Translations under genes and position numbers: made by a program
Notes under the pieces: generated by a model
What the model was told of the DNA's origin: nothing
The model's database searches: none
The model's input: only the letters and a program-made list of their open reading frames with translations
NCBI GenBank assembly: GCA_965228855.1
Contig: CBDDIJ010000003.1
Coordinates: 3,392,001 to 3,456,000, forward strand
Length of the DNA stretch: 64,000 nucleotides
Direction: 5' to 3'
Source: Candidatus Obscuribacterales bacterium
GTDB taxonomy: Bacteria; Cyanobacteriota; Vampirovibrionia; Obscuribacterales; Obscuribacteraceae
Part shown: positions 18,828 to 28,200 of the stretch, piece after piece
How positions within the stretch are numbered: position 1 is the first letter of the stretch
How the letters are laid out: each line of letters starts with the position of its first letter

Positions 18828-20723
18828 ATGAGCGAACAGGACACAATAACAAAGGAGATGTTCGCGTCATTAGTATTGAACCTGCTAAGCGAGGCAGGTG
18901 AATCCAATTGGGCCGTTAGCTATAGTAGCTTTTCAGTGGCTTCGAACAATGGCGAAGGTCCTCAGTTCATGAGCCTCGCGCGTATGTATCACGAGTACCT
19001 GACACTCGAAAGTCCCGACAACTTTCTTACTCTGAATAAACAAATCAATCTTTTGTTGAACGCTCGTCACTCTAATCGCGAGATGGATACGAAACTGGCA
19101 TCGCTTTTGCCATGCGTGCGCACCCTCTCAAGTTTTCAGCAAGCAAATATCACCTTTCGGAAACAGCCGTCGTATTCCGCCGAGAAAGAGATCATATTCT
19201 TTCCTTACGCAGAAGTTCTGGCTATGGGTCTTGTTTTCGACGATCCTGAGACGATGAAGCATCTGCGCTTTATCGATGTCGAGGAACTCGGACTGGAAGT
19301 CGAAGATGCGATAGACATAGCCGTGGGCAATTTGCGTACTATTAGCGCGGGTCCAATGCGAGTAGTGCAGCCCGGTTTTTACACATCGCCATGGAAAGAC
19401 TTTTACGACGGTTCGCGCTTGATGCTGCCGGAACTATTCGAAGAGCTTGAGGTAGCGGGCGATGTGGTAGCCCTTTCGCCTGCGCCGGATGCCCTCTTTG
19501 TTACAGGCTCGAAGGATTTGATTGGTTTGGAGCTGATGTCCGCACTCGGTCAAAGCCTGATGCGTCACCCCCGTTCAGTTTGGTGCATGCCGCTGGTGTT
19601 GAAGGATGGCGTTTGGCAGGCATTCGTGGTCCAACCTGATGATGCCGCATTTGATACCATCAATACTTACAGAATGAATGTGCTCAACAGTTTATATCAA
19701 TCACAAGAAGGTATGCTTGAAGATGTGGCGAAGGATACTGGCGCATTTATCGCTCCATTTGTAATTGAAACGGATGCAAACCGCGATTATCTGTTTAGTA
19801 AAACGAATGTGATTGAGGAAAAGGTTTGCATCATACCGGAAGCAGATGTAATCGAGTTCTTCACACGGGAGCATAGTGGTATCCGCGACTGCGTCGGACG
19901 CGCTCCGCTTGAAACTGTTTCGCAAATCCTCGGCGATAAACTCGTGCCGGATACGGCCTTTCGGCCAAAACGCTGGCACCTGAGCCAGTTTCCATCGAGC
20001 GATGATTTGCGCGCGATAGGCATGATGCCACCACATCAATCCCCGCTGCAATCAACGACGGTAGCTGACCTGACCGTGCTCACTCGCTTGTTCTCGCTCC
20101 CCGTACCGGAAGGGACTAGAATAGATTCAGCACTACGGTCAAACAACGACAACAACGAACTATCAATCGACTTTGTGATTTCATGCACGCCGGTTGATTT
20201 GAGTGCATTCTACTTAAAGCGATTGCCGATAGGTAGCTACATGATGATTGGGACGGAACAAGGCGATTTCCATGTTGCTGAATTGATTGGCGCCGGCTGC
20301 AAGAGAGAGATCTGGTTTGGCCCAAGTAGAAAGCGAGGTGAGACGCTTCTGCGCTGGGTAAAACGTTTAAACCTAGACACACCAAGCGTCCTCACGGCCC
20401 TGACAAAGCAGACAGACGAACTCTATTCCCTCGAACAGCTCTTTGAGATGTCGATTATCAATGATTCCAGCCCGCAGGGTGATCTGCGAATAACCGAGAA
20501 AAATGTGCGTCAAAACTTCATCACTTCGCACAGTCCTGAAGCAGTTACAGAATTCTTTCGCTGCCAGATGTCGGCGATGAAAACGGTTTACATGCAGCCA
20601 GAGCACGGGAGCCCCCATTTGATTCTCGACCCGGCGCTCGGAATATCCGTCACGGTAAAGTCGAGCCAATCATCACAAGGGACCCAGTACTGGCTCTCGA
20701 AAGACTTGAAATCCACTAAATAG
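18828..20723 (+). CDS. Hypothetical protein with DUF1444-like central region and two repeated C-terminal domains
   Basis: LVFDDPETM..., AVGNLR, YDGSRLMLP and VALSPAPDALFVTGS recall DUF1444-type proteins; family call tentative. Confidence 0.6.
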   Translation: MSEQDTITKEMFASLVLNLLSEAGESNWAVSYSSFSVASNNGEGPQFMSLARMYHEYLTLESPDNFLTLNKQINLLLNARHSNREMDTKLASLLPCVRTLSSFQQANITFRKQPSYSAEKEIIFFPYAEVLAMGLVFDDPETMKHLRFIDVEELGLEVEDAIDIAVGNLRTISAGPMRVVQPGFYTSPWKDFYDGSRLMLPELFEELEVAGDVVALSPAPDALFVTGSKDLIGLELMSALGQSLMRHPRSVWCMPLVLKDGVWQAFVVQPDDAAFDTINTYRMNVLNSLYQSQEGMLEDVAKDTGAFIAPFVIETDANRDYLFSKTNVIEEKVCIIPEADVIEFFTREHSGIRDCVGRAPLETVSQILGDKLVPDTAFRPKRWHLSQFPSSDDLRAIGMMPPHQSPLQSTTVADLTVLTRLFSLPVPEGTRIDSALRSNNDNNELSIDFVISCTPVDLSAFYLKRLPIGSYMMIGTEQGDFHVAELIGAGCKREIWFGPSRKRGETLLRWVKRLNLDTPSVLTALTKQTDELYSLEQLFEMSIINDSSPQGDLRITEKNVRQNFITSHSPEAVTEFFRCQMSAMKTVYMQPEHGSPHLILDPALGISVTVKSSQSSQGTQYWLSKDLKSTK

Positions 20724-20827
20724 AACCGGCTCTTGGCAGGAAGAAACTGCGCCAGCCCCGTGAATGAAATTGCACACAACGAGGTACAATCTCATCGAGT
20801 CGAGGTTCTCCTCATAGGTGTTTTAAG

Positions 20828-21688
20828 ATGGCTTTTAAGAAACGGATAGCACTAGCTCTGGGCATATTTCTAACCAGTCAATCTAATGCGGCACTCGCAG
20901 TAATGACCGCAGACGATAAAGGGAATCCGGTTGTTCAACAATTGATCAACCGTGCAGTTAGTTTTGCCAAAGCCGGACGAACGCAAGAAGCTGATGAAAA
21001 CTACAGATCTGCGTACAAACAAGCGCAAATTTTAAAGCTTCCGGAAGGCTGGCAGACCATTCGAATCTACGAGGGTTTGCGCGACCTGAATTTGAAACAA
21101 AAGAAGTACGATCAAGCAATCGAGTATGCAAAAAAGATTACTCAGCTGGATCAAAATCGCTTTGGCGAACAGAACATCCTGGTAGCCGAAGATCAAAAGA
21201 AAGTTGCCGACTTGCAATTCGAACAAGGGAAGTGGGATGAAGCCAGGCAATCATACTCAGATGCGATTGCCACCGCGACTGGTGCCCCTTCTTTTGGTTA
21301 TGGTTTTGCAGGAGTCAACGCCAAAGATCCCGTAGCCCACGCAGCAAAGGTGGCGTCGAACCAGAACGCAAAACGCACGCTCCTGACCTATGCTTATGAT
21401 GGGCTCACCAAGTGTTTGGATAAACTCGACGATATCACGACAACAGAAGACTTGTACGTCTCAACCATTCATCAGTTGTCGCAAGTGAAGGATACCGAGG
21501 TGCCGAAAAATGGTTTGCGAACAATGGTGCTCAGCAGATACCATGCCTATCTCGACTCGATACAACGTCCGGATGATGCGATCGCGCTGGATACGGAATT
21601 GACGGAGATGAATCGTAGACAAGAAGCCAACCGTGTTTACGAGGCTCCGAAATTTCGACCCGAAGGTGCGCCGATACCTGGCAGATAA
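20828..21688 (+). CDS. Secreted TPR protein
   Basis: Signal peptide; KYDQAIEYAKK and QGKWDEARQSYSDAI TPR helices. Confidence 0.82.
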   Translation: MAFKKRIALALGIFLTSQSNAALAVMTADDKGNPVVQQLINRAVSFAKAGRTQEADENYRSAYKQAQILKLPEGWQTIRIYEGLRDLNLKQKKYDQAIEYAKKITQLDQNRFGEQNILVAEDQKKVADLQFEQGKWDEARQSYSDAIATATGAPSFGYGFAGVNAKDPVAHAAKVASNQNAKRTLLTYAYDGLTKCLDKLDDITTTEDLYVSTIHQLSQVKDTEVPKNGLRTMVLSRYHAYLDSIQRPDDAIALDTELTEMNRRQEANRVYEAPKFRPEGAPIPGR

Positions 21689-21724
21689 CTTCAGAGCACT
21701 TCGAACCGATTTCAGAAACTTCCG

Positions 21725-23320
21725 CTAATCGCGCTCGCGCTCCGAACTTTCCTCGCGTTCACGCTCGAGTTGGTGCCGACGCGCCTCGCGCTCGCGCTCG
21801 AGCTGGTGTTCACGTTCCTTACGTTCCTTTCTTTCTAATCGCCGACGCTTATCTTCTTCGTCGTCATCGTCATCATCATCGTCGTCATCGTCGTCATCCT
21901 CATCTTTGTTTCGTTCCGAATCAGTCGCACGTCTACTACTTCTCTCATTTTCTTCTTCTCGCTTCAGATTTTCTTGAGCCTTCTCTTCGACAACTCCATT
22001 ACTACGTTTGAAATCGTCGGTTCCGACATTCCCGCTAGCCGCATCGCGTTTTGGCTTACCGGCATTTCTCAAGACCGTACGAGCAGCATCACGCTCTGCG
22101 GCTTCCTTCTCCTCGCCTGCCTTTTCCAGCGCCGCTTGCGCAGCCGCCTGTCGTGCAGCTTTATCAAGCTCGGTTGAAGACAGATCGTCGGGCAACGCGG
22201 GAGTCTGCGTTTTTGAAACAGGAGACTCAACGGGCGACGCGAGAGTCGGCGTTGTGGAAACCGGAGACTCAACGGGCAACGCGGGAGTCTGCCTTTTTGA
22301 AACAGGAGACTCAACGGGCGACGCGAGAGTCGGCGTTGTTGAAACCGGAGACTCAACGGGCGACGCGGGAGTCGGCGTTGTGGAAACGGAAGACTCGACA
22401 GGCGACGCGGGAGTCGGCGTTGTGGAAACGGGAGACTCGACGGGCGACGCGGACATCGGATTTGTCATCGTCGCCGGACTCGGAGTATCTGCAATCACCA
22501 GTGGTGGCACAACCGGCTGACCCATCTCATGAATCGAAGCAATAATTCCGCCTACCGGCTCATATGTTTTAGGTGCAATAGTGGAATTGACATTCTTTAC
22601 GACCCCCATTTTGCCCGCGCTGATAATAGATTCATGGTGACCTTGAGCGTTGGCCGGTCCGAAAGAACAACCAAGGAGATTGACCCACATGTTCTTCTCG
22701 ACCGAGTGAATTTTGAATCCCTTGATCTCAGTGGCCCTTACGGTGCCATCGGCATCCTCTACGATTTTGAAAGTGCACTCTTTCTCAAGACCCATCTGAT
22801 CGATTTTGTCGCTGTTCAACGTCTTTTCGAAACGCTGCGGGAGAGCAATTGTGACAGCGTAACTCGTCCCGCTCTTTAAAATGGTGATGACAGCAGAATT
22901 ACCTTTGAGCGTGTTGGCCGAACCCGGTCCTAACTTATCGAGATCGACGATTTTGCAATCCTTAGATAGTTCGAAGAACTCGGAGTTAACCTCTGGGTCG
23001 CCGGACCCGATTGCTTTGCAGATGGCAATCGCCTTATTGAGATGCTGACCGGCTTCACCGTATTTCTGATTGTGCCTGCAAGACTGCGCAAGACGCTTCA
23101 GGGCGATCGCGTAAGTCTGATTGTCCGTATTGCCGGCGCTCTCCAATTCCTTCACGGCCTTCAAGAAACTAGCTTCAGCTTTAGACCAATCACCTGAATC
23201 CGCGGCTTGCTGACCCGATTGAAGATATTTATCAGCACGTCCGACCTCGGCAGAGACTTCCGAAACACTCATGCAGAGAAGCAAAGCTATGCTCACCGTC
23301 GACCAGTAATTTCGCTTCAT
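21725..23320 (-). CDS. Secreted TPR protein with Pro/Ser/Thr tandem repeats and charged poly-Asp tail
   Basis: Signal peptide MKRNYW..., TPR helices, beta domain, repeats, Asp run and RE-rich C-terminus. Confidence 0.82.
   Translation of the reverse strand: MKRNYWSTVSIALLLCMSVSEVSAEVGRADKYLQSGQQAADSGDWSKAEASFLKAVKELESAGNTDNQTYAIALKRLAQSCRHNQKYGEAGQHLNKAIAICKAIGSGDPEVNSEFFELSKDCKIVDLDKLGPGSANTLKGNSAVITILKSGTSYAVTIALPQRFEKTLNSDKIDQMGLEKECTFKIVEDADGTVRATEIKGFKIHSVEKNMWVNLLGCSFGPANAQGHHESIISAGKMGVVKNVNSTIAPKTYEPVGGIIASIHEMGQPVVPPLVIADTPSPATMTNPMSASPVESPVSTTPTPASPVESSVSTTPTPASPVESPVSTTPTLASPVESPVSKRQTPALPVESPVSTTPTLASPVESPVSKTQTPALPDDLSSTELDKAARQAAAQAALEKAGEEKEAAERDAARTVLRNAGKPKRDAASGNVGTDDFKRSNGVVEEKAQENLKREEENERSSRRATDSERNKDEDDDDDDDDDDDDDEEDKRRRLERKERKEREHQLEREREARRHQLEREREESSERERD
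22190..22453 (-). repeat. About 6.3 copies of a 42-bp coding repeat (PASPVESPVSTTPT)
   Basis: Visible in DNA and protein; units 3-4 and 5-6 form a higher-order 84-bp duplication. Confidence 0.95.
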
Positions 23321-23524
23321 AGGACCTCTTGACACAATCCGGGTGATACTTTGAACCGAATATTCTACCCGAAGAAGATCACCCACCCCCTGAGGTGCCA
23401 CAGGCACGAGGTTTCAAAAGATCATCCCTGCCAGTCACCCAAATTAGCGATTTAAAACGGTTCACAAAACTGTACTGTTGGGTTATGGCAAATTTCAGCC
23501 GACCGGAAACCGTGCAGGACAGTC

Positions 23525-25039
23525 ATGGAAAATGTGGAGATATTTATGCATTCGACAGATCCTATTTCGGTGCTCCTGGTAGAGGATCAAAACTTTCTCA
23601 GGCTAGGAATAAAAACCTCAATCCTCTCAGACCAATCAATTTCGATCGTCGGCGAAGCTACCAATGGCGAAGAGGCAGTCAGTAAGGCGATAAACCTGAA
23701 TCCGGACGTCATCCTCATGGACATCGGTATGCCGGTAATGGACGGAATTGAGTCATCGCGAATGATCCGAAGAAACAACAAACGATCCAAAATAATAATG
23801 CTCACTTCTAATGACAGCGACAGCGCAGTTCAATCAGCATTGTCGTCGGGAGCTAGCGGATATTGCCTTAAAGATGTCGACGGAGAGCGGCTCTGCTCCG
23901 CCATCAAGGCGGTGCACCGCGGAGACGTCTGGCTCGATTCAGGTATTGCCGACAAGGTTTTAAACCTTTGCGCTCGTAGTGGGGCACACGCGGCAGTGGA
24001 ACAGTTGGAAGGAACGGTCAGTTTGAGCGACTTGGAACGAGAGGTTTTACAGATTCTTCTATCGGGCGCGACGCCGCAAGGCATAGCCAAAGACTTGAAC
24101 ATCTCGGATGGAATTGCCAAGTCGAAGATACTCAGTATTCTAAATAAGTTGTCTAAAGGCGGCAGCGATACCGACTTCACCACGAACACCGACACCGTCA
24201 AAACTAGAGCTGTTCAATCCGGCGAAACACTGAGTGACAAATATGAACAATGTGGCGTTCTCGGACAAGGAGGCATGAGCGTTGTCTATAAGGCTAGACA
24301 CAGAATGCTCGACAAGTACTTTGCGATTAAGATTCTTTCGGAGAATTTTCACCATGGCGCTTCGTTTGAAGCACGGTTTATGCAGGAAGGCAAAATTACA
24401 AGCCAGCTTTCGCATCGAAACATAATCGGAATTCACGATGTCGGATTTACTGCCTACGGTGCACCGTTCCTCGTGATGGACTTCGAAAGTGGGCCCACAC
24501 TGGCCGACATACTGGCTAAAGAAAAGCAGATTAAAGAAACCTACGCGCGTCCTTTATTCAAACAAATCGTCGACGGCCTGGCGCACGCACATTCGCGGGG
24601 GGTTGTGCACCGCGACATAAAACCAAGCAACATAATCCTTTCGAAAGGCGAAGACGGACATTCGACCGTGAAAATATTGGATTTTGGCTTAGCCAAAATG
24701 ATTGCGCAAGATCCATTGCTAGACCAAAGTTTAACGCAGTCAGGGCAAGTCTTCGGCAGTCCAATTTACATGAGCCCCGAACAGTGCCGAGGTGACCTCG
24801 TCGATCAAAGAACGGACATTTATGCGCTCGGATGCCTGATGTACGAAGTTATTTGTGGAAAACCTCCGTTCAAAGGTGGCACCGCTATTGATACCATGAC
24901 GATGCACCTGAGTGAGGAGGCAGCACCGCCGGATCAGAGCCTTTGCTCTCCGACCATGCGTGGAATCCTTTACACGTGCCTGCGCAAAAATCCCAGCGAA
25001 CGCTTCAGTAGCGTCAGTCAAATTCGCGAGCTGCTCTAG
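23525..25039 (+). CDS. NarL-type response regulator fused to a Ser/Thr protein kinase
   Basis: REC (LLVEDQ, ILMDIGMPVMDG, LTS, YCLK), LuxR-like HTH (LSDLEREVLQIL), kinase (LGQGGMSVVYKA, AIK, HRDIKPSN, DFG, YMSPEQ). Confidence 0.93.
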   Translation: MENVEIFMHSTDPISVLLVEDQNFLRLGIKTSILSDQSISIVGEATNGEEAVSKAINLNPDVILMDIGMPVMDGIESSRMIRRNNKRSKIIMLTSNDSDSAVQSALSSGASGYCLKDVDGERLCSAIKAVHRGDVWLDSGIADKVLNLCARSGAHAAVEQLEGTVSLSDLEREVLQILLSGATPQGIAKDLNISDGIAKSKILSILNKLSKGGSDTDFTTNTDTVKTRAVQSGETLSDKYEQCGVLGQGGMSVVYKARHRMLDKYFAIKILSENFHHGASFEARFMQEGKITSQLSHRNIIGIHDVGFTAYGAPFLVMDFESGPTLADILAKEKQIKETYARPLFKQIVDGLAHAHSRGVVHRDIKPSNIILSKGEDGHSTVKILDFGLAKMIAQDPLLDQSLTQSGQVFGSPIYMSPEQCRGDLVDQRTDIYALGCLMYEVICGKPPFKGGTAIDTMTMHLSEEAAPPDQSLCSPTMRGILYTCLRKNPSERFSSVSQIRELL

Positions 25040-25270
25040 GAGCTTTGAACTTTCTCATTAAGTTGCACAGGCATTACAAATAGATGCTTTTCAGGCTTTT
25101 GTCGAGTACAATCTGACAACTCCTGGCGTTTCTACTGAGTTCAAACTCATCGGGCGAGTTCGCCGATAAGCGCGTGTTTTTGCGTTCGACAGTGAGCGCA
25201 ACTATGGAAAACCGCGCCGACACTTTCCCCGTGAAACAGCTGGAACCATTCGTCCTTTGGGAGGGGCATA

Positions 25271-28200
25271 ATGAGTTGGCAAAGTACGCCTGCGTCTAGA
25301 AGATTGGTTTTAACATCGATGTTCTGCCTGGTATCCACTCAGCAGGCGCATGCCGCCCAGGAGCAACTCGGGAGACACAATAGCGATCACGCAGCGCGAG
25401 CACAGAATCAGCTCGCCGCGGAGGCGCGACGCGAAGCAATGGAGCAAGCTCGCGAAGCACTGCACGGCGCTCGGGAAGCCATGAATAACGCTCGCAGGTC
25501 GCAAATAGAATTGCGAACTCCTGGTTTCAACGCCGTTGAGAGTAATCGTGCCGCACGCATAGAGCTCCGCGAAGATTATCGCCAGACACGTAGAGAATTG
25601 CGGCTCGAACATACTCTTTTGCACAATGCATCGCGTGACGCAGGAAATAAAACATTGGCGAGTTCCCCGCGTCTCAATTCAAAGTCTAACGAATCGGCTG
25701 GAAGTAAGCACTTAAACAAGAGTGCGGGTCGTACTTCAACGCGAGAGACTCGACCGCCGAGCGCTGTCAGCACCATATCCGATACCGGCGCTCTCGACAG
25801 AGTCATTGATCTGGATTTGACCTCGGCGGACTCGAACATCGTGCTTGGGCGAAAAATGTTTCGCGGCGAAGATTCGGTAACTATAAGAGTAGGTGCCGAG
25901 GACAAAACCTTTTCAGCCGGATCACAAGTTACCGCAGCTGAGTATGTCGCAATTCGGCAAAAACTTGACGGCGGCTCGCAGCTTCTGGAACTCAACGCTC
26001 AAGGTTCAGCGATCGGCGGCTCTTTCGAACTCGATACTGTAGTATCGCGGCAAGTGGACGACCTCGTCATTCCAGCGAATGTGTCCGGCATCGAATATTT
26101 CACGCGCAACAATTCCACCATTCGCGTCGGCGGCGACCTCACCAATTATGGTTCTCTGATAGCGGCCTCCGCTAAGAAGAATGTTGACAGTGGCACTATC
26201 GCCGGCAACAACATTTTCAATATGGAAAACGGAATCATTGCAACCGGATTTCCTGAGCAAATGGACGTTACGATAATTTCGGGTGGCGGCGGAAGCATCG
26301 ACATCGGCGGAGGCTCCCCACAACCAGAACAACCGGAGCCACAGTTCAGGAACTCACTGAACTTGAATTTGACTCTGAAAGCCGACGATGACATCGTTAA
26401 TCTCGGGAAAATCGCAAGCAATCGCGCAATTAACATCGAAGCCGGTGGCTCAATCGTTAACGGGACTGCAGGACAAGTCAGCTACGAACCGATAGTAGAA
26501 CCACCGACCGGACCTTCGGACAACGGGTCAATTATTGCAAGCGGTTCTATCACTCTCATCGGTTCCTCTGGTGGTGGCATAAACCTGCCGGGCGGCAAAA
26601 TCTACTACCTACAGGATGATCCGGTCTACCGTCAACGCGAGTTATTAAACGGGTCAATCACCGCCCGCGGTGACATCAACCTCTCATCCGGCAACGGCAG
26701 CTTAACCAACTACGGAAATATTACCGCTGGTTCCAACCACGAATATCCACGCGACATCAACGTAACCACTCCCGGCAAAGCAACGGACGTCAATATCGAG
26801 GGGACAGGCGGAGTCTTCAGAACAGACTTCGGCAACATCAACGTGCGCGACGCATCCTACAAAGGTGCATCGAATATCAACATGGTCGGCGGAGACTATC
26901 TCTCGAAACAGCTCAATCTATTTTCGGGAAGCGGCACCATTGAAGGAAACGTCGGCAAAGTCACCGGAACATTGAATACTGTCGCCGGCATCGAGCACTT
27001 CTACGCTGCGACTGAAATGCTCACTATTGGCAATAACTGCATAACCGGAGATCCGACGTTCGCGAACACTACCGGAGACATTCAGATTGTCGGATTAAAC
27101 ACCTTCGGCGAAGCGGTTGCATTTCTTGCAAATGGCAACATCACCGCAGACAGTAGCGCGCAAATAGTCGCAAACGGTTTCAACGTTTATATGATCGCAG
27201 GAGCAGCGATAACGGTGAGCGCAGGTCCGGAAACAAACAGCGTTCCCGGCACTGCAATTGGCGCGGGAACCACAGCAACAGTAGATTTCAGCAACGGCAA
27301 CGGTGGGTCAATAAATCTGTCGACCAGTAATGCCGGCACCATAATCGATACCAGCAGTTCCACCGGCAACGGCGGCGATATCGTTCTTGCCGCGAGAAGC
27401 AACGGCACAGTCGGCGGTTACGTCGTGCTAGACGTTGGCACGACGATCGATTCGAGCTCGACGTTTGCCGATGCGAATGGCGGAAGTATCACTGTACTCG
27501 CCGGCGCCAATCCAGTCACTGCGGCCCCGAGCATTCAAGGTGGTAATTTCCTTTCGAGCGCGCTCTCCGGGACCGGCACCGCGGGCACCATCACGTTAGC
27601 CACAGCGCAGCCGACAGCGACAGGCGGCACCTCTATCACGTTCGACAGCTTCGGTCAGGTGACAGCAGGCGGTCCGGTCGTTGCTCAAGCTCTCGCACCG
27701 AACGCTCAAATCAACATTGGAACCGTAACCGCTCAATCGTTTTCATCAGCCAATACAGTCAATATATCCGCTGGAGACTCCGTTATCACTGGAGCGATCA
27801 CTGCAGCAAATGATGTGACTATTTCAAGCGGAGTCAGCATCGACGCGTCCTCGATTGTATCTGGCGGCAACGTATTCCTGACCACTCCAGTGCTAATAAA
27901 TGATGGCACGATTACTTCCAGTAAGACGGGCGGATTGATTACGGTTCAAAATGCGGCCGGTCTATCACTGGGTGGAACAGGCAGCATCTCGCTAACTGGC
28001 GGCGGTGCCGGCGTCATCCTTCTCGACGCGGGAGCAAACAATGCACTGGCATTTACCACGTCGCATACATTCAACCCCGGCGCAAGCGGCTCACTGACCT
28101 GGCTTTCAGAAGATGAGGGTGGCTCTATCACGATCGCTCCAGCAATCACGCTGACCGTGAACGATGGTGGCACTCTGAACATCGGAACACCGAAACTGCG

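Noticed and set aside
22190..22453. Possible CRISPR array
   Set aside because: Head-to-tail in-frame coding repeats without unique spacers, and no cas genes; the same applies to 11315-11461.
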